From NCBI GenBank assembly GCA_964541365.1, contig CAZIPJ010000001.1, forward strand, positions 1-57,294: a stretch of DNA of 57,294 nucleotides. The letters are read 5' to 3'. The translations under genes and the position numbers were made by a program. The notes under the pieces were generated by a model, which had not been told where the DNA came from, did not search any database, and worked only from the letters and a program-made list of their open reading frames with translations. Within the stretch, counting starts at the first letter, position 1. Each line of letters begins with the position of its first letter. This document shows positions 24,847 through 34,400 of the stretch, piece after piece. This stretch comes from an uncultured Lachnospiraceae bacterium. Lineage in GTDB: Bacteria; Bacillota; Clostridia; Christensenellales; UBA1242.

Positions 24847-25353
24847 ATGGGAATAAAAAGAAAATCAAAAAAAGATGATGTTTTTGAAAGTCTTAGCACT
24901 CTCTATGAAGACGCTAAAAATTCACATAAGAAAGTCGAGCAAGTGGTACAATGGATTCGTTCTGTTGAAGCACAATGTCACACTGTAAGTATTAGTGTAG
25001 AAGAGATAACCCGCTGTCTTGCACAGATTGATGAAAAAATTGATGGGCTCAACTTTGAAAAAGCACTCTGCAATAAAAATATTGAGTTAATCAAAGAAAT
25101 GAAATCAAGTAGACGCGGAACAGCGTGCTTAAAAAAATTCGAAAATTCTTTAAAAGAAAACAAACAGGTTGGATTTGAATCACTTTCAGTTTGTGTGCGT
25201 GATGACGCTTTTGCTGCACAAATTGAACTTAATATGTCGCTTAAAGGACTTCTCAATCGCACCAAGCGAGATTTAACAGAAAAAAGTGGAACATCTACCG
25301 CAACCCAATCTGAAACGCCTACTAAAACCAACCCAAATGGCGATGGGAAATAA
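24847..25353 (+). CDS. Cassette gene C: hypothetical 168-aa, predicted helical protein ending ...TPTKTNPNGDGK
   Basis: AAGGAGA SD before ATG 24847. The track's start at 24769 would translate the promoter itself. Confidence 0.8.
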   Translation: MGIKRKSKKDDVFESLSTLYEDAKNSHKKVEQVVQWIRSVEAQCHTVSISVEEITRCLAQIDEKIDGLNFEKALCNKNIELIKEMKSSRRGTACLKKFENSLKENKQVGFESLSVCVRDDAFAAQIELNMSLKGLLNRTKRDLTEKSGTSTATQSETPTKTNPNGDGK

Positions 25354-25354
25354 A

Positions 25355-25385
25355 TAAAAAGACTGAAAATCTCAGTCTTTTTTTA
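25355..25385. terminator. Terminator module copy 4 (convergent, shared with the methyltransferase gene)
   Basis: AGACTGA-AAATC-TCAGTCT followed by a T run. The minus-strand stop TGA (25374-25372) lies in the stem. Confidence 0.8.
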
Positions 25386-26106
25386 TTTGTATATTTTTAG
25401 TGTGCAAGCTTTCAAGATAGTTGCCGTCGGCGTCATTTCTAATAAGATTTGGCAAGACTTTACACCCTGCCTTTCCGCCTTTCACCGCTTTAAGCACAGC
25501 CAAATTGATTTTCCCTTTTCCATTTTCGGTGAAGAAAAGCTCTTTCACTGTCAGTTTTTCGTTTTGCAAAACAGAAATCAGCTCAGCAATCCTTTCAGCA
25601 CCATACACACAATAAAAACTTCCGCCGTTTTTAAGCATCACACTTGCAGTCTTTGCCAAGGTCTCAATTGGCAAGCAGACATCTTCTTTTGCAATCTTTT
25701 TCACTTCGCTTTGAGCAAAATCGGTCTGCTTGTAAAATGGTGGATTCGAGAAAACAACATCCACGCTTGCGGGTTTTACATATTGTGCAAAATTTTTAAC
25801 ATCGTCCTGCACCAATTTGATTTTCTCTTCCAAATTGTTCAGTCTCAAATTTTTCTCGCAAAGCTGAGCCATAGGTTCTTGCAATTCAAATGCAACAATA
25901 TTTTTTAAGCCGGTCTTTGCTTGCACAAGGATTGAAATCACCCCACAACCTGCACCAATTTCAACAGCAAGTGCATCTTTTTTTGCTTTGACAAAATTTG
26001 CCAAGATGACACTGTCAGATGTGAATGTGTAGAGCTCTTTGTCCTGAATTATTTTCAAGCCATTGCACTGCAAATCTTCCAGTCTTTCACTCTCTTTCAG
26101 TTTCAT
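25372..26106 (-). CDS. SAM-dependent N6-adenine methyltransferase, YabB / tRNA1(Val) m6A37-like
   Basis: VEIGAGCGVISI SAM-binding motif and FSNPPFY catalytic motif; position after yaaT as in B. subtilis yabB. Confidence 0.8.
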   Translation of the reverse strand: MKLKESERLEDLQCNGLKIIQDKELYTFTSDSVILANFVKAKKDALAVEIGAGCGVISILVQAKTGLKNIVAFELQEPMAQLCEKNLRLNNLEEKIKLVQDDVKNFAQYVKPASVDVVFSNPPFYKQTDFAQSEVKKIAKEDVCLPIETLAKTASVMLKNGGSFYCVYGAERIAELISVLQNEKLTVKELFFTENGKGKINLAVLKAVKGGKAGCKVLPNLIRNDADGNYLESLHTKNIQIKKD

Positions 26107-26924
26107 TTGTCTTCCTTTTTAAATGACACTTCTTTAAGTGGATAAACCTTTATGTCTGTGTCATCGCCATTGACAAACTTAACTGACACTTCTCGTTTGA
26201 GAAGATTGTTGTACACCACTTGTCCACGACCATCTTTTGTGTTTACAAATGAGTTGACCTTTGGCATAACTTTAAGTGCTTCTTGGTATACTGGATTTTC
26301 GTAAGCAATGCAACACATAAGTTTTCCGCAAAGCCCGCTTATGCTCGCAGGATTGAGTGAAAGATTTTGAGTTTTTGCCATCTTCATTGAAACGTGGTCA
26401 AACTCTCCCATATTCTGCACACAACAACAAATCTTTCCGCAAGGTCCAAAACCGCCAAGCATTCTCACTTCGTCACGATTTCCAATCTGACGAAGCTCCA
26501 CTCTCTTTTTCATTGTGACAGCGAGCTTTTTGACAAGTTCACGAAAGTCCACTCTGTTTTCAGAAGTGAAATTGATAATATATCTTGTGTTGTCATAACT
26601 TGCTTCAATCTTGACAATTTTCATATCAAGCTTTTCTTCCTTGGCAAGTTTTTTCACCATAGGATAGAATTTTTCTGCTTCCTTATCATATTCTTCTGCT
26701 TTTTTAACCGTCTCATCAGAAGCGACTTTAAGCACGCGTTTAAGGGCAGAAACAAGCGTGCTTGCATCCACCATTTCTCTTTCTTTGATGATGCATCCAA
26801 GGTCTGTGCCTTTTTCAGTATCCACCAAAACATAATCCCCAATCTTCAAATCAAGTCCGTTTGGGTCAAAAGAATATATATGGTTGCTGTTTTTAAATTT
26901 AACTCCAACAACTTCTACTTGCAT
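26103..26924 (-). CDS. ricT: PSP1-domain protein (YaaT/RicT, stage 0 sporulation protein)
   Basis: VVGVKFKNSNHIYSFDP...GDYVLVDTEKGTDLG...CGKICCC...CGKLMCC; holB-yaaT synteny. Confidence 0.9.
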   Translation of the reverse strand: MQVEVVGVKFKNSNHIYSFDPNGLDLKIGDYVLVDTEKGTDLGCIIKEREMVDASTLVSALKRVLKVASDETVKKAEEYDKEAEKFYPMVKKLAKEEKLDMKIVKIEASYDNTRYIINFTSENRVDFRELVKKLAVTMKKRVELRQIGNRDEVRMLGGFGPCGKICCCVQNMGEFDHVSMKMAKTQNLSLNPASISGLCGKLMCCIAYENPVYQEALKVMPKVNSFVNTKDGRGQVVYNNLLKREVSVKFVNGDDTDIKVYPLKEVSFKKEDK

Positions 26925-27868
26925 AAGAATTTAACCTCCAACATTTTAAGCAAAAAATTGTCAATCGCAACAGTCAAGTTTGCGTTGAATTCCAATTTTT
27001 CTCTAAGTTTTGAAATCAGCCTAGAAATCTCACACAGTGCTTCCACTGAAAACTCTGGCTCAACATCTTTAAGCTCTTTTTTGTAACCTTTAAGTTTGCA
27101 AATTTCTTCACTTTCACATTTAAGCTTGATGATGTCTTCAATGCAAAGTGAGACAATTTCCAAAATCAAATTGAGTTCTGCTTTTTCATCCAACAAACGC
27201 TTTGAAAAAGACAATACCTGTTTGCTGCTTTTAAGCTCTGTCAAAAGACTGACAGCAAGCGCAGTAATTTCTGCAAGGTCTCTGTTTTTTGCCAATTCCA
27301 GAGTTTTCCCAATGTAGCCCCCACCAAGCGTGCAAGCAAGTTCATCCAAGCAAACCGCATTCATCTCTTCTTGTGAGAGTGGTGCTATTTTAATCTTGTC
27401 GCATCTGCTTTTGATAGTTGGCAAAACCTTTTCTTCATTTTTGACGCTAATTACAAAATAAACATTCTTTGGTGGTTCTTCCAAAATCTTCAAAAGTTTG
27501 TTTTGTGCTTCTTCTGTGGAAACATCAAAATTGTTTATCAAAAAGATTTTGTATGGCAAGTTGACAGGCTTGATGTAGGCTTCGCTGACAATTTCATTTG
27601 CATCCGCAACCAAAAGTTTTTCACCTTTTGGATAAGTTTTCACATCCAATTCAATTCTGTTTTCAATTTTTAAAAACTCTGCACTCTTTTCATCAAACAA
27701 ATCAAAAGTTGGATATTCAAGAAGTAAAGCTGTCAAAATCAAGGCTTTCTGGCTTGTCAAACTGTCTTCGCAAAAAAACATTATCGAATTTGAAAGTGTG
27801 TTATTTGCTTTCTTTTTCAATATATTTTCAAAAAAACTCTGTTTTTTTATTGTTTCAACAAATCCCAT
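26915..27868 (-). CDS. holB: DNA polymerase III subunit delta'
   Basis: 317 aa; LLKILEEPP, SRC motif (KSRCDKIKI); synteny with yaaT. Confidence 0.85.
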   Translation of the reverse strand: MGFVETIKKQSFFENILKKKANNTLSNSIMFFCEDSLTSQKALILTALLLEYPTFDLFDEKSAEFLKIENRIELDVKTYPKGEKLLVADANEIVSEAYIKPVNLPYKIFLINNFDVSTEEAQNKLLKILEEPPKNVYFVISVKNEEKVLPTIKSRCDKIKIAPLSQEEMNAVCLDELACTLGGGYIGKTLELAKNRDLAEITALAVSLLTELKSSKQVLSFSKRLLDEKAELNLILEIVSLCIEDIIKLKCESEEICKLKGYKKELKDVEPEFSVEALCEISRLISKLREKLEFNANLTVAIDNFLLKMLEVKFLCK

Positions 27869-27922
27869 ATGTTGATTTTATCACAAAAGCGCACAAAATG
27901 CAAAAATAAAATTGCATTATTT

Positions 27923-30538
27923 CTAATGCAATTTCTTTCTCTCGATTTTCCTTTCAACAAGCTTGTAAATTTCGCCTATGAAAATAATTGAAATTGAAAG
28001 CCCAAAAACCACAAGCCAAGAAAGTGGACTCAGGGATTGAAGTTTCAACACTCCGCCAAACCCAGTAAACATCATAAGCGCCAAAAGTCCAAACCCAACC
28101 AAAAGTGACAGATTGAAAAACTTGTTTTTGAATGGATTTGTCTTGAAGCAACTCTCTTTTGTGATTGCCGTAAACATATAGAAAAGTTGAATCAGGTTGA
28201 GCGTGTAGAAAGCCATTGTGATTGCGACAGTTTCGTTATGCAAGAAGAAACCATAAAGATATGCACCCATCGTCAAAAGTGTCTGAACAATTCCAAGGCA
28301 AAGAATACTCACTCCCACACCATCAGAGAGAAGTCCGGAAGACTTGTTTCTCGGTTTTTCGCTCATTACACCACGCTCTACTTTTTGAGTACCAAGTGCA
28401 ATCGCCGGCAGAGAATCAGTAATCAAATTGACAAACAAAATCTGAACTGGCAGAAGGAATGTTCTTCCTGGAAGCAAGATAGTAATCAAAAACAGTGCCA
28501 TAATCTCAGCCATATTTGCAGAGAAAAGATACTTAATGGTCTTTTGAATATTGCTGTAAATTTTTCTTCCTTCTTCAACTGCAACCACAATAGTTGCAAA
28601 ATTGTCGTCCGTGATGATAATATCCGCAACATCTTTCACGACATCTGTACCAGTCTTTCCCATTCCGATTCCGATATCTGCTTTTTTCAAACTTGGTGCA
28701 TCATTGACCCCATCGCCAGTCATCGCCACAATATGTCCATTCTTTTTAAGCGCTTGCACAATCCTAACCTTATGCGATGGGGAGACTCTTGCAAATACAC
28801 TTTTCTCTTCAACAGCTTTTTCAAACTCAGCATCATTCAAAGCATCAATCTCTTCTCCCGACAACACTTGCTCAATGCTCTTTGCAATCCCCACTTTTTT
28901 TGCAATTGCAAAAGCGGTATCTTTATAGTCGCCAGTAATCATCACAGAGCGCATCCCAGCACCGTGACATTTCTTTACTGCATCAAAGATTTCTTTTCTT
29001 GGTGGGTCTTGAATCCCGCAAAGACCAAGAAATACCAAAGCATTTTCATCAGCCAAACGCCCTTCGCATTCTTTAAAGGCAAAGGAGATTACGCGCAAGG
29101 CTTCTTGACACATCTTTTTATTTTGTTCTAAGATTTTTTCTTTTGCACATTCATCCAAAGGCAAAATCTTGTTGTCACAGGCATAGTATTTACACTTTGC
29201 AAGCACCCTGTCGAGTGCGCCTTTTGTGAAACAAATGTTTCGTCCATCCACAACATTGAGCGTGCTCATCATCTTGCGTTGGGAGTTGAACGATATTTCA
29301 TCAACCCTTTTAAACCTGTCAAAAATCTCTTCCCTGTCAACACCGCATTTTTTTGCATAGTTTAAAAGTGCAACTTCTGTTGAGCCGCCAACATAACCTT
29401 TTTCTCCAAGCTTTGCATCGTTACAAAGCACCATATTTTTCAAAAAAACATCGTTGTATGCACTTTTTTTGCCGAAAAATGTGAAAATCTTTTCAACTTT
29501 CATCTTATTTTGAGTAATCGTTCCAGTCTTGTCCGAACAAATCACATCACACGCACCAAGCGTTTCGACTGCGTGCATTCGTTTGACAATCGCTTTCTCT
29601 TTGGAAAGTTTTGCAATTCCCAAACTCATAATAATCGTAATAACCGCTGGCATACTTTCAGGAATTGCAGCCACAGAAATTGCAACCGCTGTCAGAAAGG
29701 CGTTCAAAATATCATTTGGATTTGAGATAACTTCCAAAACAAATGTTATGCCTGCAATCAGCAAAATCAGATAAGTCAAAATCTTTCCAACAGTCTGAAT
29801 GTCTTTTTGAAGCTTTGTCGTCTCTTTTTTTGTTTCTTTCAAACTTTCGGCAATCTTGCCAATTTCACTCTCTGTGCCAAGAGCGTAAACAACACCTTTG
29901 CCGTGTCCGTTTTCCACCACACTGCCAGAGTACGCAAGGTTCTTTCTGTCCGCAAGCGCGACATCCTTAACATACATTGCATCCGCATCCTTGCTTACCG
30001 CATCGCTTTCCCCTGTAAGTGCTGATTCGTTGATTTTCAAATTAACACTCTCGATGAGTCTCAAATCCGCAGGGACAATACTTCCCGCATCAAGACAAAC
30101 AATATCTCCAAAGACCAGTTCGCTGGTTTTTATTTTTACAACTTTCCCTTCACGCAAAACATTTGTTTCTGGCTGAGTCATTTTTTTCAGGCTGTCAATG
30201 GCTTTCTCGCCCTTTCTTTCTTGAAACACTCCAAACAGTGCGTTCATCACAACAATACCCAAGATGATTGCACCGTCAACAATCTCACTTGAAGACTTCT
30301 CGATAATTCCCATTGTGATTGAAATTATGCCAGAAACAAGCAAAACCAGCACCATCAACTCTTTTATTTGGCACAAGAATTTCACCAAAAAAGACTGGTG
30401 TTTTTGCGGTTTAATAGCGTATTTCTTACATTCCACCAGTCTGTCAGAGACTTGTTTCTCTGTCAAACCGTCACTCGTTGTGCCAAAGCTTTCAAGGCAC
30501 TCTCTCACACTTTTTTTGTAATATTCTTTTTCTTTCAC
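27923..30538 (-). CDS. Cation-transporting P-type ATPase, Ca2+ (P2A/P2B)-like
   Basis: 871 aa; ICSDKTGTITQN phosphorylation site, MITGD, VAMTGDGVNDAPSLKKADIGIGMG, about 10 TM segments. Confidence 0.92.
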   Translation of the reverse strand: MKEKEYYKKSVRECLESFGTTSDGLTEKQVSDRLVECKKYAIKPQKHQSFLVKFLCQIKELMVLVLLVSGIISITMGIIEKSSSEIVDGAIILGIVVMNALFGVFQERKGEKAIDSLKKMTQPETNVLREGKVVKIKTSELVFGDIVCLDAGSIVPADLRLIESVNLKINESALTGESDAVSKDADAMYVKDVALADRKNLAYSGSVVENGHGKGVVYALGTESEIGKIAESLKETKKETTKLQKDIQTVGKILTYLILLIAGITFVLEVISNPNDILNAFLTAVAISVAAIPESMPAVITIIMSLGIAKLSKEKAIVKRMHAVETLGACDVICSDKTGTITQNKMKVEKIFTFFGKKSAYNDVFLKNMVLCNDAKLGEKGYVGGSTEVALLNYAKKCGVDREEIFDRFKRVDEISFNSQRKMMSTLNVVDGRNICFTKGALDRVLAKCKYYACDNKILPLDECAKEKILEQNKKMCQEALRVISFAFKECEGRLADENALVFLGLCGIQDPPRKEIFDAVKKCHGAGMRSVMITGDYKDTAFAIAKKVGIAKSIEQVLSGEEIDALNDAEFEKAVEEKSVFARVSPSHKVRIVQALKKNGHIVAMTGDGVNDAPSLKKADIGIGMGKTGTDVVKDVADIIITDDNFATIVVAVEEGRKIYSNIQKTIKYLFSANMAEIMALFLITILLPGRTFLLPVQILFVNLITDSLPAIALGTQKVERGVMSEKPRNKSSGLLSDGVGVSILCLGIVQTLLTMGAYLYGFFLHNETVAITMAFYTLNLIQLFYMFTAITKESCFKTNPFKNKFFNLSLLVGFGLLALMMFTGFGGVLKLQSLSPLSWLVVFGLSISIIFIGEIYKLVERKIERKKLH

Positions 30539-30599
30539 AACTGCTCCTGTGGTAATCTATTTACAGAAAATTTCACTCATTACTTTTCGACATTTTTCA

Positions 30600-31358
30600 T
30601 CACAAAATAAACAGCGTAAGGACAGAAATGAGAACAAGATAATAAGCAAAATATTTGAGTTTGGATTTTTTTGTTAAATTGAGCATCAGCTTTATTGCAA
30701 AAATTCCAGTCGCAAAAGCTGTCACAAAAGAAAGCACAAGTCCAACGATAGAGACCTTGATGACTTCTTTCCCCATCACAATTTCAAATACTTCCATAAG
30801 TAATGAAAGTAAGATGATTGGCACTGACATCAAGAAAGAAAACTTTGTCACATCTTCCTTTTTATTCCCCGAAAATAGTCCCGCGCTGATGGTTGTCCCA
30901 GACCTTGAAACCCCAGGGAAAACCGCAAATCCTTGTGCGACACCGATTAAAAAAGCGGATTTATAACTAAGTTCTTTCATCGGTTTTTTCTTTGAAGCAC
31001 TTTCACTCAACAAAAGCAAAACTGCGGAAACCAAAAAACATACGGGCAAAAGCATCCCCGAAAACGACATCTTGATTATTGGCATCAAAATTAAACAAAT
31101 GACACAAGTTGGTATTGTTGCAGTGACAAGCATTGTCGTCTCTTTTGAAAACGGATGACGAAGCATTTGCCACACATCTTTCCAAAAAACGAGCAGAATG
31201 GACAAAAGTGTTGCACAGTGCAAGATTATGCTGACAAACAAACTTTCTTCAATTCCAAACAACTTTGAAAAAAGCACTAAATGCCCAGATGAAGACACTG
31301 GCAAAAACTCAGTCAGTCCTTGGACAAGCCCCAAAAAAAATAAAGCAAGGATTTCCAT
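30600..31358 (-). CDS. uppP: Undecaprenyl-diphosphate phosphatase
   Basis: GLVQGLTEFLPVSSSGHL and PGVSRSGTTI motifs. Confidence 0.93.
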   Translation of the reverse strand: MEILALFFLGLVQGLTEFLPVSSSGHLVLFSKLFGIEESLFVSIILHCATLLSILLVFWKDVWQMLRHPFSKETTMLVTATIPTCVICLILMPIIKMSFSGMLLPVCFLVSAVLLLLSESASKKKPMKELSYKSAFLIGVAQGFAVFPGVSRSGTTISAGLFSGNKKEDVTKFSFLMSVPIILLSLLMEVFEIVMGKEVIKVSIVGLVLSFVTAFATGIFAIKLMLNLTKKSKLKYFAYYLVLISVLTLFIL

Positions 31359-31436
31359 ACAAGCCCCCCTTGCTTTATTTATATTTGATGAATTTCCAAA
31401 ATATTTTCACTCTTGGAACAAGCTAAACTTTTGACA

Positions 31437-34400
31437 TTATCTATTTGCAAGTTTTTCTCTACGCTTCTTGCGTCTTACTGAAATAATGATGAACAGCACA
31501 ATGAGCAAGAGAAGCAATCCAATAATTCCGATGATTAAATAAATGTACCAACCAGCACCCTGTTTACCTTGCAAGATGACTGCGTTTTGTGAAAGAACTC
31601 CAAACAAACCGCCATAGCTTACTGTCTCGTAAGTGAATGCGTTGTAGATGCCTGAAACTCTGTGTCCATTGAAATTAAAGAGACCATTGAATGGGAATTC
31701 TTCTGTTCCGATAGGTGTCCAGAATCTGTCTGAAAGTTCTAAATCCTTTTTCAAGATATAACTTGCGCTTCGATATTGCTTACCGTTTCCATAAGTTGCC
31801 CCGCTGTTGCAGAGCCTCATCATAAGCACCAATTCATCCACTGACGAAATCTCAAAAGGTTCGTCATCTGTGCCAGAGCCAGCAAAGCCAGAAGCACTAA
31901 CAGCATAATCTTCCCAAAGAAGTCTGTAATACTCAATTTCAATTTGAACAGTTCCAAGAATTCCTTTTGCTTCTATGAAATCCTTTGTCAAAATAAGGTT
32001 TCCTTTGTCGGTGAAAACAAGTTCATCCTTTGTCAAAGTCAAATCATAATTTTTTACAGTAATAGAAGAGATTGCATATCTTTGGTTTGTAACAAGTCCA
32101 ATTTCAATGCTTTGTGCATCAGCAGAAGCAGAAATTAAGTCTGCTCTTCTTCCCTTGAAAGTTGTGTAACCAGCAGCATTTACAAAGTTGTTGTCCATTG
32201 CATTTGTAGCTTTATCTGCATCAGCAAAGCGTCTGTTTACATAAATTGAAATTATTTCATTCTTGAACTCTGGCAAAATTCTCATCAAGTCGCCTTGTGG
32301 GCAGTTTTCAATGGCAAGGTCAAAATATGACAATCCGTTTTCATAATGAGAGAATTTGATATCGTCCCTGTTCCAGATAATTGCAAAGCCATAGTCAACA
32401 GCAACTGCAAATGTTACTTTGTCTCCAACTTTGACATCAATTCTATCAAGAGCTGGGATAAATTGTCCAGCACTGTAATTTCCAAGTCTATAAGCCCTGC
32501 TTGTGCCATCAGTTGATGTTGCAACAACATTCAAAATCTGTCCAAAAGTATAGTCATAAAGGTTTCCACTTTCGTCAGCGAAACTCATTCGGAATGTTCG
32601 TCCTTGAAGGTTCAAAATCAGTGTTGTTTTAGCAAGCGCCCTAAGGTCTTCCCAATCCTTTGTCCAACAAGTTTGACCTGTTGTGACATTGTTCCATCTG
32701 ACAAACTCATAGTCTTGCTCGTTGAACTCTGCAATAAGATTGAAGTTCTTTGTCGTGTCAACATAGTTTTGTTCGTTCAATGCTCTTGCCTGTGGGTCAG
32801 ATGCTTCTTGCTCAACCTTGAAACCACCTTCTCCGCCATACACAACAACATCAACAAGCGCAAAGTAAACAACTTGCACATCGCACTCAACAATCTTGTC
32901 AAGTTCGTTTGTTGACCAAGGCACTTCTTCTGAGAAAGTCACCACATCTTCAAGCCAATTTCCATTTATGTCTTTTTGCTTGATGACGAATTTATAGAAT
33001 TTGTAACCTTGAAGTTTTGGCGCTTTGATGTAAATATTTGTGTTGAAAGCAACTTCAATATAAAGTTTTGATGTTGGATAATACCAAGAATTTGTGTAGT
33101 CCACACCAGAAACCATATCTTGTGCAGTTGCATTGATTGAGACATTTGGAACAACTTCAAAATGAATTCTTGTTTTGTAATAAGACCAGTAGAGATAGAG
33201 CGTAATTTCCATTTCCCCAGTCTGAGAATTGAAGTAAGCATTTTCAGTAAGTTCGTATTTTGAAGTTAAGCTGTTGAGCTGATAACCGCTTTCATTCCAA
33301 GCTTGAAGCACTGTGCCGTCACTGTCGATGTACATCACGCCAGCGCCATTTTCACTTGTGAAGAAACCGTCAAAGTGATAGTTTTGTCTGCTCATCAAGA
33401 ATGCAAGTTTTCCATCGACAAACGCAAGCTTGTCTTGTGAAGTAAGGATTTGAATGTTTGCTTGGTTTATTTCTGAAAGTTCCAATCGAGAACCAAACTC
33501 AACATTTTTAACCACTGCCAACACATTTCCTTCTTCAACAAGCTTAACTGTGTAAGTTGTTGGATGAACAAGGATGTAAATTTCATTTTCAAACAGATAG
33601 TCTTTTACAATGAAGCTAACTTTCGCTGTGAAACCATCAAGTTTGATTGAAAGTTGTTCAACTTGAATTGAATCTCTGTCTATGATGTCGTTTTCGCAAA
33701 CAAGTTCAACATTCTTTTCGTAAATATAATAGCCAACTCTGATATAAGCAACTACTTCAAAAGTGCTGTCTGTGTAAGCTGAAACAGTGATTGAAGAATA
33801 GTCTCTACCAGAAGCAAACACCTTGTTTGCATTTTGTGCGTCAACCACATAGTTTATTGCACCAGCGTTAGTGTCAGTATCGGATACCTTGAAGCCAATT
33901 TTGATGTCATTTAAGTTTGGTCTAAACAAAACATCAATGTCCACTTCCGTTCCGCCAATTGCACCCATTATTGTATAGATTGCATAGTTTTCGCCTTTCT
34001 CGATTTGATAAACAGTCACAAGCATTGAGTTTGAAACCACATCAAAGAATTTGTAACCAACCTTTTTGGTGTTTATCTTGATGTAAACATCTTCACCTGT
34101 GTATCCAACAATCGTGAAAGCTCTATCGTCGACAAGTTTTCCGTCTACAAAATCTTCTGAGCTGTAACGAGTTCTTGTCCCTTCAATATAGCCATATTGA
34201 TTTACGCCCAAACCGTTTTCACTTTGCAGTTCAACTCCACCAACATCAATGTTAGGCTCTCTCACGCCTTCAATGTCAATTTCAGTGTTGATATTGATGT
34301 TGAAACTGTAAGCCTTGACAATGACATACAAAACAAAGTTAACAACATCTTCATCAAGTTCAAGACTTGAAATTGTAAACTGAACAGTGCGTTCTCCGCT

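Noticed and set aside
22535-25386. CRISPR array or integron interpretation of the repeated intergenic units
   Set aside because: The repeat period is about 0.9-1.4 kb and contains full ORFs. The repeats carry promoter, SD and terminator signals rather than CRISPR repeats or attC-like imperfect palindromes. No cas or integrase gene is in the window.
26394-27086. Long antisense ORFs: 26394-27086, 28187-29131, 16095-16652, 25387-25908, 8942-9472, 20783-21184, 21464-21904, 50313-50696 and others
   Set aside because: Each is fully embedded antisense to a CDS with clear family motifs, has biased low-complexity composition and lacks an SD. They are treated as shadow ORFs.
31359-31436. Terminator between the giant gene and uppP
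   Set aside because: Only a 4-bp CAAG/CTTG stem around the G6 SD of uppP is present, with no T run. I could not support a terminator, so co-transcription remains possible.
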